Shown piece after piece: positions 12,946 to 25,275 of a stretch of 64,000 bases of DNA. The position numbers and the translations under genes are program-made. The stretch's first letter is position 1. Every line of letters starts with the position of its first letter. The notes under the pieces are model-generated. The model did no database searches, was not told where the DNA came from, and was given only the letters and a program-made list of their open reading frames with translations. The stretch is from Natator depressus (lineage: Eukaryota), in the NCBI RefSeq assembly GCF_965152275.1, contig NC_134246.1, positions 34,404,151 to 34,468,150 of the forward strand, written 5' to 3'.

Positions 12946-13893
12946 CTAGTTTAAAGCCCTCCTCACTAGGTTAGCCAGCCTGCTCGCAAAGATGCTCTTC
13001 CCTCTCTTTGTAAGATGGAGCCCGTCTCTGCCCAGCACTCCTCCTTCATGGAACACCATCCCATGATCAAAGAATCCAAAGCCTTCTCTCCGACACCACC
13101 TGCGTAGCCATTCGTTGACTTCCACGATCCGACGGTCCCTGCCCCGTCCTTTTCCTTCCACGGGGAGGATGGACGAGAACACCACTTGCGCCTCTAACTC
13201 CTTTATCCTTCTTCCCAGAGCCACGTAGTCCGCAGTGATCCGCTCAAGGTCATTCTTGGCAGTATCATTGGTGCCCACGTGGAGAAGCAGGAAGGGGTAG
13301 TGATCCGAGGGCTTGATGAGTCTCGGCAGTCTCTCCGTCACATCACGAATCTTAGCCCCTGGCAAGCAGCAGACTTCTCGGTTTTCCCGGTCAGGGCGGC
13401 AGATAGATGACTCAGTCCCCCGGAGGAGAGAGTCCCCGACCACCACCACCCGCCTCCTTCTCTTGGGAGTGGTGGTCGTGGAACCCCCCATCTCAGGACA
13501 GTGCATCTCATGCCTTCCAACCAGCGGAGTCTCCTTCTGCTCCCTTCCCTCAGACGTATCATCTGGTCCACTCTCCGCATTAGTACCTGTGGAGAGAACA
13601 TGAAAGCGGTTAGTTACCTGTGTCTGCGTTGCTGAAACCCGGACATCCCCCTTTCTTCTTCTGGAGGTCACATGTTGCCAAGCCTCTTCACTGGCCTCTT
13701 GGCTCCGCTGTGCAACCTGCTCTAAATTTTTAGAGCTTTGTGCCCGTAGAAGCATATCCTGACTATGTGTGTCAATGTGATGTGTGTCAACAAAGGTTGC
13801 GCTATACACAATATACCTAACACAAAGCCAAGAAAGGAAAAGTGAAGGCAACCAGACAGTACGTGCCCTACTCTGCCACCCAGAGACACACAT
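12946..13893 (-). CDS. CR1 ORF1 with SGNH/GDSL-type esterase domain (315 aa)
   Basis: Contains [11 protein letters not shown] and [10 protein letters not shown], the GDSL esterase blocks described for CR1 ORF1. Confidence 0.7.
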   Translation of the reverse strand: MCVSGWQSRARTVWLPSLFLSWLCVRYIVYSATFVDTHHIDTHSQDMLLRAQSSKNLEQVAQRSQEASEEAWQHVTSRRRKGDVRVSATQTQVTNRFHVLSTGTNAESGPDDTSEGREQKETPLVGRHEMHCPEMGGSTTTTPKRRRRVVVVGDSLLRGTESSICRPDRENREVCCLPGAKIRDVTERLPRLIKPSDHYPFLLLHVGTNDTAKNDLERITADYVALGRRIKELEAQVVFSSILPVEGKGRGRDRRIVEVNEWLRRWCRREGFGFFDHGMVFHEGGVLGRDGLHLTKRGKSIFASRLANLVRRALN

Positions 13894-14354
13894 CTCACCA
13901 GCCAGTTGCTCCCAGAATATTCCCTTTCCCCCTACATGTCCCAGTCATTGCTCATGCTCTCGGCTGTGGTTTGAGTTGTTATTAATGATTTTGTAGTTTA
14001 AATTGCCTGGGGCCAAATCCTTGTCCCCTCAAAGTCAATTGATTTGGTAGAGACGGAAGTGGTTGGGCCTTTTTATTTTATGCTGCTTTCGGGTTTACTT
14101 GTTTGTAATTGCTAGGAATTTGGAACACGATCAACATTCGTTATTCAGCAGTCAGCGTATTCACATGTACCCGATCTCAATAATCTCGGCATATATTGCT
14201 TCTGGTTTTTATCATTGCTGCTTATTGCAGAAAGAGCTTTGTAGTTCAATAGAGGCCCACAGAATCAGAACATTTGACTCCAACCACCATTCAAAGAACT
14301 CCAGTCAGGGGCCCTAAATGGAATCCAGCCCCACCTACATCTCAGATTAGTGGG

Positions 14355-14356
14355 AA

Positions 14357-14404
<48 letters not shown>

Positions 14405-14405
14405 A
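14355..14405. repeat. (AAAG)n microsatellite, ~12 units
   Basis: Seen in sequence. Confidence 0.95.
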
Positions 14406-15137
14406 ATGCTTCCTAACTTTCAGATAAGCTGGCTGAGTACAATAAAGCTACCCCAGGTTGTGTCTACATTAGGGTTATGATCTCAAGTTAGCTACCTCGT
14501 TGTAAACAAGGCTTCCTCCTTCATGTCCACCCCTTCCCTGCTGCAATTGAAGACAGCCAGGGACAGGAGAGGTTTGCATCAAAATGGAAGCAAAGCCTGA
14601 CTCGCCAGCCAGGAAACACGATGCATTTTCAGGGGGAAGAGGTTGCACAAGAGAAGCCAAAAGGGCACTTTTCACAGGCCTAGGTGTCAGTGCCTGGGGG
14701 TGGGGCTCTGCTGTCACACACCCCTCGAGAGGCCTCATCTTCTATCCAGAAAAGTTCCAGTTAAAGACAGCAAATTGAACTCTTGTCTCTGAGATGGGTT
14801 GTTTGCGTTAGGATGAGAAATTGAGGAGGCAAGATGGGTCTGTTCTGGGTGTGGTTTTGTATATTGCAAAGAATGCACACACAGTCCGGTTCTCTGAACA
14901 CAGTGGGAGCAAACAGCAGCAGGCAGGTTCCTTGCTCAGAAATCCCCACATCTGCACCTCCAGGTGGTTCTGTGCCCAAGAAATGCTGTCTTTCTGCTTC
15001 CTCTTCAACACACTCACAGTTCTCCTCGGGAATTTTTTACTCCAACACAGGCAGCTGGCAAATCAGTATCCCAGCCCCTGTGTTTGCAATCAGCACTTGC
15101 AATATTCACGCACCAGGTGAGAACCTAACCTTCAGAC

Positions 15138-17460
15138 TCAAAACATAGGGCAGTTAAAAGTGAATAAAACCATGCCCCAATGATAACTCCATATAGTCAT
15201 AGATAGAGAGATGGGTTTATACAGTTCTGTATAGAGAGAGAGATGGGAGTGCTTGGGGATGGATAGACTGCTGTATGTAGATAGACAGATGGCAGTGTGT
15301 GTGGGGACAGATAAACGGCTGTATGTAGATAGACAGATGGGAGTGTATGGGGATGGATAGTAGGCTGTATTTGGATAAACAGATGGGAGTGTATGGGGAC
15401 GGATAGTTGGTTGTATGTAGTGTGATGGGGCAAGGCCAGATGGCAAAAGGAAAGTAGTGAGAAACAGGTATATTTGCCCCAGGCTAAATAAACCCCTGTT
15501 AACATGATAACCAAATAGCAGTTGCTCCAGGTCAATTAAGACACTTGGGGCCAATTAAGATCCTTCTAGAAAGCAGTGGAGACAGCTAGGTTGATTGGGA
15601 CACCTGAAGCCAATCAAGGGCTGGATGGAACTAGTTAAAAGCCTCACAGTTAGTCAGTTAGGGGCCTGTGTCAGGAGCTTTAGGAGGAAGCCGCGCTGCT
15701 CAAGAAACTGGGTAGGACAAACCCTATCAGGCACAAGGAAGGAGGCACTGAGGTAAGGGTGAAGTAGATGTTGAGGAAGTGGGGGCTGCTGTGGGGAAGT
15801 GGCCCAGGGAATTGTGCTTGTCCTGTTTCAAAAAATCAGCTACCAATAGCTGCTACTATTAGGGTCCCTGGGCTGGAGCCCGCAGTAGAGGGTGGGCCCG
15901 GGCTTCTCCACCCCCATCCCCAATTAATCACAGAGACTGTGAGACAACAGAGACTGTGTGAGGGAGAGATGCTTCTTCCCACCTCCCTTGCTGTCTTATG
16001 ATGAAAATGGCTCAGTAGGCTGTGACCCTTGCCTCTAGAGAGAAAACGGCTATGTTGAGGGTCACAGTGAGCCTCTGAGGCTAGCATAATCCACCTGGAA
16101 GTGTGGGACCCACTGAGACAAGGTCAGAGCTTTGTCACAGTAGATGGATAGATGGGAGTGTGTGGAGAGGGATAGATGACTGTATGTGTATAGAGAGATG
16201 GGAGTGTATTGGGGATGGATAGACGGCGGTATTTGGATAGACAAATGGGCGTGTGTGGGGATGAACAGACAGCTATATGTAGATAGATGGGAGTGTATGC
16301 GGATGGATAGAAGTCTGTATGTAGATAGACAGATGGGAGTGTGTGGAGAGGGCTAGACTGCTGTATTTAGATAGAGAGACCAGAGTGTATGGGGATGGAT
16401 AAATGGCTGTATTTGGATAGACAGATGGTAGTGTGTGGAGATGAACAGACGGCTGTATGTAGATAGATGGGAGTGTATGGGGATGGATAGACAGCTGTAG
16501 TTGGATAGACAGATGGGAGTGTGTGGGGATGGATAAATGGCTGCATGTAGTGTGACGGGACAAGGCCAGATGGCTATAGAAAAGTAGTGGGAGATAGATA
16601 TATTAGCTCCAGGCTAAACAAATCCCTGGTACCAGGATAAGTTAAATGGCTGCTGCTCCAGGTCAATTAAGACACCTGGGGCCAATTAAGAACTTTCCAG
16701 AAGGCAGGGAGAAAGCTAGGTTGATTGGGACACCTGAAGCCAATCAAGGGCTGGCTGGAACAAGTTAAAAGCCTCCCAGTTAGTCAGGTGGGTGCGGATG
16801 TCAGGAGCTGTGGGAGGAAGTTGTGCTGTTGGAGAGACTGAGCAGTACACACCATATCAGGCACAAGAAAGGAGGCCCTGAGGTAAGGGTGAAATGGAGC
16901 TTGAGGAAGTGGGGGCTGCTGTGGGGAAGTAGCCCAGGGAATTGTATGTCATGTTTCTAAAAGGTCAGCTACCATAGCTGATGCTATTAGGGTCCCTGAG
17001 CTGGAGCCCAGAGTAGAGGGTGGGCCTGGGCTCCCCCTTCCCCCCCCCGCCCCCCTGATTAATCACTGAGACTGGGAGACAACAGAGACTGTGCAAGGGA
17101 GGATAGCTTCTCCTCACCTCCCTCGCTGGCTTATGATGAAAATGGCTCAGTAGACTGTGACCCTTGTCTCTAGAGAGAGAAGAGTTATGTGGAGGGTCAC
17201 AGTGAGCCTCTGAGGCTAGCGAAATCCGCCAGGAAATGCGGGGCCCACGGAGACAAGGACAGAGCTTTGTCACAATAGATAGACAGATGGGAGTGTATGG
17301 AGACAGATAGACAGCTTTTTGTAGATAGGAGTGTATGGGGATGGATAGATGGCTGTATGTAGATAAGACAGATGGGAGCGTGTGGGGATGGATAGATGGC
17401 TGGATGTAAATAGATAGATGGGAGTGTGTGGGGATGGATAGACAACTGTATGTAAATAGA
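15138..17460. repeat. Two tandem ~1.1-kb higher-order units, each an array of ~44-bp satellite monomers (gatggatagacggctgtatgtagatagacagatgggagtgtgtgggg) plus ~650 bp of unique-like sequence
   Basis: 15460-16270 and 16560-17260 are ~90% identical. Monomer arrays sit at 15180-15420, 16100-16560 and 17270-17460. ORFs on the minus strand here are repeat artefacts. Confidence 0.8.
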
Positions 17461-19548
17461 TCAGCGGGCGCCATGGTGCCTGCTGGGGCATTTATGTGCA
17501 CCCACTTAGTGACATGGTGTGAAAAATAGTGCCCAGCACCTGCTGGGAACAGAGAACTCCGGGGCTAAAGGCTGCGGGTGCCGGTGTTCTCTGTCCCCGG
17601 CAGGCGCGGGGCTGCGGCTTCTCTCCGGCTTCTCTCCGCACTGCCCAGAACTGCAAAAAAAAGAAATAAAAAAAAGCGGCTCGGACTGCCGCCGCCCGAA
17701 CTGCCAAAGTGCAAAAAAAAAAAAAACCGCTCGGACGCTGCCGCCAAAAGAATGGATGGAATGCCGCCCCTTAGCATGTGACACCCCAGGCATGTGCTTG
17801 CTCCTCTGGTGTCTGGAGCCGGCCCTGTAAGTGAGTATTCTTCCGCTGCACTGATACTGCCGTTTTCTTGTGCTTTGCGATTTATTATTTTTTTAACATT
17901 TTGCCCCAAAATGAGTGGTTCAAATAAAAGACAACATACATAGTATATCAATGCAGAGTGGGAAGATCTATTGGTTTATTGAAAATAAAGGGAAATGTGT
18001 TTGCTTATTGTGCGGTGGAACTGTTGCAGCGCTGAAAAAACATAATGTCGAACGCCATTTCCAAACTAATCACGGCTCTTTTGACATTAGCCATCCACTT
18101 AAATCTGAGTTGAGAAAGAAGAAAATTAATCAACTCAAATCAAACCTACCTGCCCAGCAACCTGTTTTCACCAGACAAGTGGTAAAGTCTAAAAATGCTA
18201 CTATTGCTTCCTTTAAAATTGCTCATCTGCTCGCAAAGAAGAAAAATCCCTTCCAAGATGGCGAATTGCTGTAGGAAGCATGTTCGACTGGTGCAGATTG
18301 CCTATTTCAAGGATTTCCTAACAAGCGTGAGATTTTGTCGGCAATACAAGACTTGCAGTTATCAGACAACACAGTTACGAGGAGGATACGTGCAATTTCA
18401 AGCGACATGCAAACTCAGCTAAAGGATGACTCGGAAATATGTGACTGGTTTTCACTGCAGTTCGATGAGTCGACAGATATGTCGGATACAGCGCAGTTGG
18501 CAGTTATGGTGAGGATGGTATTCAGTGACTTCCCCGTAAAAGAAGGGTTACTAAAAGTATTGCCTATGAAAGGGCGAACAAAGGGTGAGGACATCTATAA
18601 TTTATTCAAATCATACGCAACATCAATTAGCATGCCACTACACAAGCTGTCTGCAATCACCACTGATGGGGCACCAGAAATGATGGACAGCGCCTATGGA
18701 TTCATTGCATCCTGCAAGAAGAATGAATCCTTTCTGAACTTTATGTCTTATGATTGCATTATCCACCAAGAAGCTTTGTGCGTCAAAGTTCTTTCTTTTC
18801 AACAAGTCATGAATATCGTTATTAAAATAATTAACTCTATTCAAGCAAAACCTTTGCAACACCGACTTTTTAAGGCCCTGTTGGAAGACGTTGATGATAA
18901 ACAATCTGATCTTATCTTGCACACAGAAGTACGATGGCTGAGCAAAGGTAAAGTTCTTGCATGTTTTTTAAGCCAAATTGAAGAGATCAAAGAATTTCTG
19001 AAGTCCACAAATCAGAACTTCGAGCAACTAGAAGACTCCAGCTGGTTAATAGATTTGGCTTTTCTTGCCGACATTACTGACAAATTGAACATTTTAAATC
19101 TTGAGCTCCAGGGAAAAGACAAACATGTGGCTCAAATGATAGGTTCTGTAAAATCATTCAAAGCAAAACTGATCTTGTGAATGTCACATATGAAGACGAA
19201 GTCTCTCGTACATTTCCAAAGTATGAAGAAAATGGTATGTGACAGTGATTTTAACCCATCACCATTTGTTATCCACATTCAAACACTTCTGGAACAATTT
19301 GAAAAGAGATTTCAACAGTTCACCATCATTGAGCCTGTAGTTGCCTTTCTTGTGAATCCTTTTACTTGCCAAATAGAGGTAACAGAAATGGCTACATCAG
19401 CCTGCAGCCCCGGAGTTCTCTGTTCCCGGCAGGTCCGGGGCCACGGCTTCTCTCCCGTGCTGGGCACTACTTTTCACACCGTGTCACTAGGCAGGCACAC
19501 ATAAATGCCCCTGTGGGCGCCATGGCACCTGTGGGCACTGCGTTGGGG
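17461..19548 (+). mobile_element. hAT superfamily DNA transposon with ~110-150-bp terminal inverted repeats and a frameshifted transposase
   Basis: Left end 17461-17575 (cagcgggcgccatggtgcctgctggggcatttatgtgcacccacttagtgacatggtgtgaaaaatagtgcccagcac) is the reverse complement of 19440-19548. The internal ORFs look like a hAT/Charlie transposase. Confidence 0.75.
17915..19504 (+). pseudogene. hAT transposase (N-terminal zinc-finger region, catalytic core, C-terminal region) split over 3 frames
   Basis: ORF 17915..18274 has Cys/His spacing. ORF 18335..19180 reads TTDGAPEMM...IIHQEALC...RWLS, like ZBED5/GTF2IRD2/EPM2AIP1-type hAT proteins. ORF 19181..19504 follows. Confidence 0.7.
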
Positions 19549-19959
19549 ACCACTGGTTTAGACAGTCAGGAGTGTATGGGGATAGTTTCCATTAACCTGA
19601 AATTTTCAACCAAAAAAAAAAATCATTTTTTCAAAGGAACTGAAACATTTTCCTGACAAAGTTTAGTTTTCACCTCACAAACCAGAAAGCACAATCCTGA
19701 CTTTGGGGGGGTTCATTCTATCAATGACACCCTGAAAAAATTGCAATACATTTATTTTGCACAAAAAGAAAAACATTTTTCAGGCAATTCTTTTGTCAGA
19801 AGAATTATCCTTTGCTCCTAAGATGCTGGCGACATTGCAGACAAACCCCAGATGTTTCAAGAACGAGATGAAGAAATTTGGTTTAAAAAATTCCTTTTAC
19901 ATTTAGAATAACTCTGGCTCTTTCAAAACTCTTGACATGTGAGAAGAGAATGGTGCCCA

Positions 19960-20500
19960 CTTTTACCAGGCACACGAAGCCAAGTTGACTTCTTTAATAG
20001 CCGCCTCCGCCCTGCAGGCTCTGCCTCTCATGGGTGTGTCCAGTGTTGGTATCAGCCCATGGAACTTCCTGCCACTGGATGTTACTCAGGCTGACACCTC
20101 AGCCTCAGGATGTCTCTAGTTATCCACAGGGTCCTGCTCGGCTCTCTCAGGATGGTTCGCCAGCTGTACTAAGGCTGTGGAGGGTTTCCCTGCCTCTGTT
20201 CAGGGCTGGCTTCTTGCCAGTCACTCTGCAAAGCGAGATTGTTCCATAAGTGGCAAATTGAACAATATCATCCTGTCACTGGGGCAACCTGTGGGCTTAT
20301 CTTGCCTTCATTTGAACCTTTACACGTAATTAATCATTTTATTATCCATTAACCTTTGATACCGGGCTAAAATTGAGACTCAGAGTTCATACGGTTACTT
20401 TTGTGTAATCAACAGATCGTATCACTCCTTTAGTTACCTCAGTTTGTACCATGGAATCACTGTCTTGCTTCTTTACAGTTCACATCAACGTATAGAGGCC
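19960..20500 (+). repeat. Unclassified interspersed repeat (copy A)
   Basis: ~80% identical to 21620-22150. The shared 5' portion reads tttaatagc(c/t)gcctc(c/t)gcc(c/t)tgcaggctc. Confidence 0.6.
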
Positions 20501-21470
20501 CTGGGAGTTTTTCACCTTCCTCTGCAGTGTGGGGAACGGGTCACTTGCTGGAGGATTCTCTGCACCTTGAAGTCTTTAAACCACGATTTGAGGACTTCAG
20601 TAGCTCAGACATAAGTTAGGGGTTTGTTACAGGAGTTGGTGGGTGAGATTCCCTGGCCTGCGTTGTGCAGGAGGTCAGACTAGATGATCATAATGGTCCC
20701 TTCTGACCTTAAAGTCTATGATTCTATGATTCGGTTTCATTCCATTTCATTTTCCTCCCATAGCATTTGAATTAAACAGTTTTTATCTATTTCAAAGGAA
20801 AGTTCCTTTGCTTGGAAGATCCTAGTCCAGGGACTGGACCTTCTAGGGGGAGAATGAACCAGGCACAGAAATTAACCAATAACCCCAGTTCCAGCCTTTG
20901 TTCTTGTTTGTCGGATGAGAAACAATGAATTAATAATTCCATCGGACAGACTGTGGTTTCTGCCTGTTAGCAATTTGGAAAATTTGGGTTTGGTTTTTCG
21001 TTTGCTACATTCATTTTGAATGTTAAAATTCCCAGGGACTCACCAGTTTGAAGCACCCCCTTTTACCCCTCAAGGCAGGAAAGGGGAATACAAACCCACA
21101 GCCTGTGACAGCTATAACAGCATCCAGCCGTGTGCTGGACCAAGCTAATGGAATAAAGACAGTCATCACTGTTTAATTCCTTTGGGGGCCTCTATATGAA
21201 CAATGCAATTGCGGGGATGATTGCACGTTGGCTTGGCTACACTGAAAATACGAGAGGGCCACAGCTGTGCACACCTACGCCACCCAGGGCGGTTCTCCCA
21301 GCAGCGTGGTTAACCACCTCCCCGAGAGCTGGGAGCTAGGTTGAGGGAAGAATTCTAACCCACCCCCTGCCTCGCCAGCACCCTTCAGTTCTGGGCCCTT
21401 CTCAAGCTCTTTATCCCACCTTTGCAACTGTGCTCACCCACACCTGTCTGCTGCTTGCCCCAGCACTAGC

Positions 21471-21550
21471 TGCATCCTAAAGCCCATTTGCAAAAGGCCA
21501 ATCCGTGGGCTCATCCAGGATTTGAACCCAGGGCCTCTCACACCCGAAGC
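21471..21550 (-). pseudogene. tRNA-Pro(CGG)-derived pseudogene or SINE head
   Basis: The reverse complement reads GGCAGGGCTTGTTGGTCTAGGGGTATGATTCTTGCTTCGGGTGTGAGAGGCCCTGGGTTCAAATCCTGGATGAGCCCA. Compared with vertebrate tRNA-Pro-CGG as I recall it, six CG positions read TG, and one of them breaks the T-stem. Confidence 0.55.
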
Positions 21551-21619
21551 AAGAATCATACCCCTAGACCAACAAGCCCTGCCTAAAAAGGAGGTGCAGG
21601 TGCCTCACTAAGCTAGAAT

Positions 21620-22337
21620 ATGTCAGCATCTTTGCTTTTTAATAGCTGCCTCTGCCTTGCAGGCTCCACCGACCATGGGTGTGTTTGTTCTTGGCATCAG
21701 CCCATGGAACTCCCAGTCACTGGATGTTACTCAGGCTGACACCTCACCTTCAAGTCATCACAGGGCACCTTCCCGTATTTAGTTACCCAGTCCTGCTTGA
21801 CTCTCTAGGATGATGCATCAGCTGTAATAAGGCTGTGGAGAGTTTCCCTGCATCTGTCCAGGGCTGGCTACTTTCCAGTCATTCTTCCAAGTGAGATTGT
21901 TTGGTAAGTGGTGTATTAAACAGCATCCACCTGTCATTCGGGTGACCTGTGGACTTTGACTTTGTGACACTGTTTCTCTAGCCTCAGTTAATCATTTTAT
22001 CATACTTGATACTGGGCTGGACTTGATGTTCAGTGTTACTGCAGGTACTTCTGTGTTATCTACAGATCATATCACTCCTTTTGTTACCTGCTACACTGTC
22101 TAATCCAGCTCTTTGCTCCTTTTCATCTACAGTATCCTACCAATGGCCTGTGCTCAGGTCTGATACTCAGAGACTCAGAGGATGGAAAAGCCCCAGCCCA
22201 GCTCCCTCGGTCTAATGATAGATTCTCGTTAAAGAACTAACGGAGTTATTTGTCACTAAGGGTAATCTCTAACTGCAAGCAGAGAGGGCTCCGAGACAAG
22301 GCACCAGGACGGGAGAGGTCTCTATGAAGAGAGATGG
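21620..22337 (+). repeat. Unclassified interspersed repeat (copy B). Its 3' part matches 7940-8180 and 26440-26600. A 0.83-kb repeat is inserted at 22338
   Basis: The repeat sequence resumes at 23166-23230 (caaaaggagatgaatgagaggggatgtgttag), matching the uninterrupted copy at 8120-8150. Confidence 0.6.
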
Positions 22338-23165
22338 GAAAGGCTGGTACTGTCATAAATATAAAGGGAAGGGTAACAACCTTCCTGTATACAGTATTAT
22401 AAAATCCCTCCTTTACCTGTAAAGGGTTAAGAAACTCAGGTAACCTGGTTGGCACCTAACCAAAAGGACCAATGAGAGGAGAAGATACTTTCAAAATCTG
22501 TGGGGGCAGGGGTTTGCTTTTGTTCTCTTGGTTGTTCGCTCCGGGGTCAGCAAGGAACCAGGACAGGGAAAATACATCTCCCTAAGCCATATCTGCACTA
22601 AGCATCTAATCTTACAGAAATAGTAAGTAATAGCAAGGAAATGCGTTAGATTATCATTTGTTTCATCTTGTGAATTTTTCCTGTGCTAAGAGGGAGGTTT
22701 ATCCCTGTTTTTGTAACCTTAAAGTTTTGCCTAGAGGGGAAATCCTGTGTGTTTTAAATCTGATTACCCTGTGAGATTAGCTTCTCTTCTAATTTTACAG
22801 AGGCGCTTCTTTTACCTTTTTTCTTTCTAATAAAGTTCTGATTTTCTTTAAGAATCTGATTGGGGTTTTTAGTGTCCCAAAAACCCAAGGTTGGTCTGTG
22901 CTCATCTTGTTTATTCTCAAGCCTCCCCAGGAAAGAGGGTGTAGGGCTTGGGGGGATATTAGGTGGGGAGTAGGAACTCCAAGTGGTCCTTTCCCTGAGT
23001 TTTGTCTAATCACTTGGTGGTGGCAGCGTTACCTAATCCAAGGTACAAGGGAGAATTTGTGCCTTGGGGAGTTTTTAACTTAAGCTGGTAGAAATAAGCT
23101 TAGGGGGTCTTTCATGCAGGTCCCCACATCTGTACCCTAGAGTTCAGAGTGGAGAGGGAATCCTG
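22338..23165 (+). repeat. Copy 2 of the 0.83-kb non-autonomous repeat, nested in another repeat
   Basis: Flanked on both sides by gctggtactg, which may be a target-site duplication or a terminal direct repeat. Confidence 0.65.
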
Positions 23166-23649
23166 ACAGGCTGGTACTGCAAAAGGAGATGAATGAGAGG
23201 GGATGTGTTAGAACGGGACCTTCCCTTTGTAACCCCAGACACGGTGAGACCGAAAGGAGCCCTGGATTCCCACTGTACTGTACACACTAGTGTGATGATC
23301 TTTGTACAAAATGTGCCTTGTGCAGTATCATTTGAAAACAAATAATTGCTGGTCCTGGTGAAACGTCTGCAGCAACATTCGATGTGCAGTTCCGCACATT
23401 GTTCCTGACAATATTAGAGCAGCTGTCTGTGATAGAGAACCTGATTCAGTCTTGAGGGCCACAGAAATTGTGGATGCTTATATGCAAAATAGGGTTCGGG
23501 AAGGATATAAGTCCCATGGGAAGAGTAATCACTTTTCACCCTAATTTAAAAGGAGGGAAGGATTTAAAAATAAACCTACCCCCAACTTTGATAAAAGAAC
23601 TCATGGGAGTCCAGAGTTCATAACCTCTTGCCCTAAAGCAGGGGGTCTC

Positions 23650-24385
23650 AAACACGCCTTCCTTTTATTTGTATTAAACCTGCTGCCTATTAATTTCATT
23701 TGGTGACCCCTAGTTCTTGTGTTATGAGAAGTAGTAAACAACACTTCCTTATCTACTTTCTCTATACCAGTCATGATTTATTAGACCTCAATCCTATCTC
23801 CCCTTAGCCATCTCTTTTCCAAGCTGAAAAGTCCCAGTCTTATTCATCTCTCCTCATATGGAAGCTGTTCCATACCCCTAATCATTTTTGTTGCCCTTTT
23901 CTGAACCCTTTCCAATTCCAGTATATCTTTTTTGAGAACAAACGACCACATCTGCATGCAGTATTCAAGATGTGGGTGTACCATGGATTTATATAGAGGC
24001 AACATGATATTTTTTCTCCTATTATCTATCCCTTTCTTAATTATTCCCAGCATTCTGTTTGCTTTGTTGACTGCCGCAGTGAGTGGATGTTTTCAGAGAA
24101 TTATCCACAATGACTCCAAAGTCTCTTTCTTGAGTAGTAACAGCTAATTTAGACCCCATCATTTTATACGTGTAGTTGGGATTATGCATTCCAATGTGCA
24201 TTACTTTGCATTTATCTACATTAAATTTCATCTACCATTTTGTTGCCCAGACACCCAGTTTTGAGAGATCCTGTTGTAGCTCTTCGCAGTCTGCCTGGGT
24301 CTTAACTATCTTGAGTAATTTTGTATTATCTGCAAATTTTGCCACCTCACTGTTTAGCCCTTTTTCCAGATCATTTATGAATATG
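23650..24385 (-). mobile_element. CR1 copy, 3' portion (RT C-terminal half), diverged
   Basis: ORFs 23844..24053 and 24037..24231 read FNVDKCKVMHIG...[25 protein letters not shown]. The copy continues at 26035 after a 1.65-kb insertion. Confidence 0.7.
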
Positions 24386-25275
24386 TTTGTCAAGGTTCCT
24401 TCCCCACTCTGAACTCTAGGGTACAGATATGGGGACCTGCATGAAAACCCCCTAAGCTTATGTCATAAAAATAAAGGGAAGGGTAAAACCCCTTTAAAAT
24501 CCCTCCTGGCCAGAGGAAAAATCCTCTCACCTGTAAAAGGTTAAGAAGCTAAAGGTAACCTCGCTGGCACCTGACCAAAATGACCAATGAGAAGACAAGA
24601 TACTTTCAAAAACTGGGAGGAGGGAGAAAAACAAAGGGTCTGTGGCTGTCTGTGTGATGCTTTTCCCGGTGACAGAACAGGAATGGAGTCTTAGAACTTA
24701 GTAAGTAATCTGGCTAGGTATGTGTTAGATTATGATTTCTTTAAATGGCTGAGAAAATAGCTGTGCTGAATAGAATGAATATTCCTGTCTGTGTGGTGTT
24801 TTTTTTTTTTTTTTTTTTTTGTAACTTAAGGTTTTGCCTAGAGGGATTCTCTATGTTTTGAATCTAATTACCCTGTAAGGTATTCACCATCCTGATTTTA
24901 CAGAGGTGATTCTTTTTTTTACTTCCATTAAAAGTCTTCTTGTAAGGAAACTGAATGCTTTTTCATTGTTCTAAGATCCAACGGTTTGGGTCTGTGGTCA
25001 CCTATGCAAATTGGTGAGGATTTTTACCAAACCTTCCCCAGGAGGTGGGGTGCAAGGGTTGGGAGGATTTTGGGGGGAAAGACATGTCCAAACTCCGTTT
25101 TTTCAGGAACCCAGATAAAGTTTGGTGGTGGCAGTGGAAATCCAAGGGCAAAGGGTAAAATAATTTGTACCTTGGGGAAGTTTTAACCTAAGCTGGTAAA
25201 AGTAAGCTTAGGAGGTTTTCATGCAGGTCCCCACATCTGTACCCTAGAGTTCAGAATGCAGAAGGAACCTTGACA
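24386..25275 (+). repeat. Copy 3 of the 0.83-kb repeat, preceded by a ~70-bp inverted copy of its own 3' end (TIR-like)
   Basis: 24386-24458 is the reverse complement of 25200-25272. The body runs 24459-25275. A T(22) run lies at 24799-24820. Confidence 0.65.

Larger units (their letters stand above)
9957..14000 (-). mobile_element. Near full-length CR1 LINE (ORF1 + ORF2), with a few frameshifts
   Basis: The 3' (CATAGAAT)n tail is at 9958-9990 (rc). ORF2 RT is at 10053..11555, an ORF2 middle piece at 11851..12234, ORF2 EN at 12263..12865 and ORF1 at 12946..13893. Confidence 0.85.

Noticed and set aside
15138-17501. Several 100-180-aa minus-strand ORFs with HSHLSI/HPHTLPS periodicity
   Set aside because: Translations of the 44-bp satellite monomer array.
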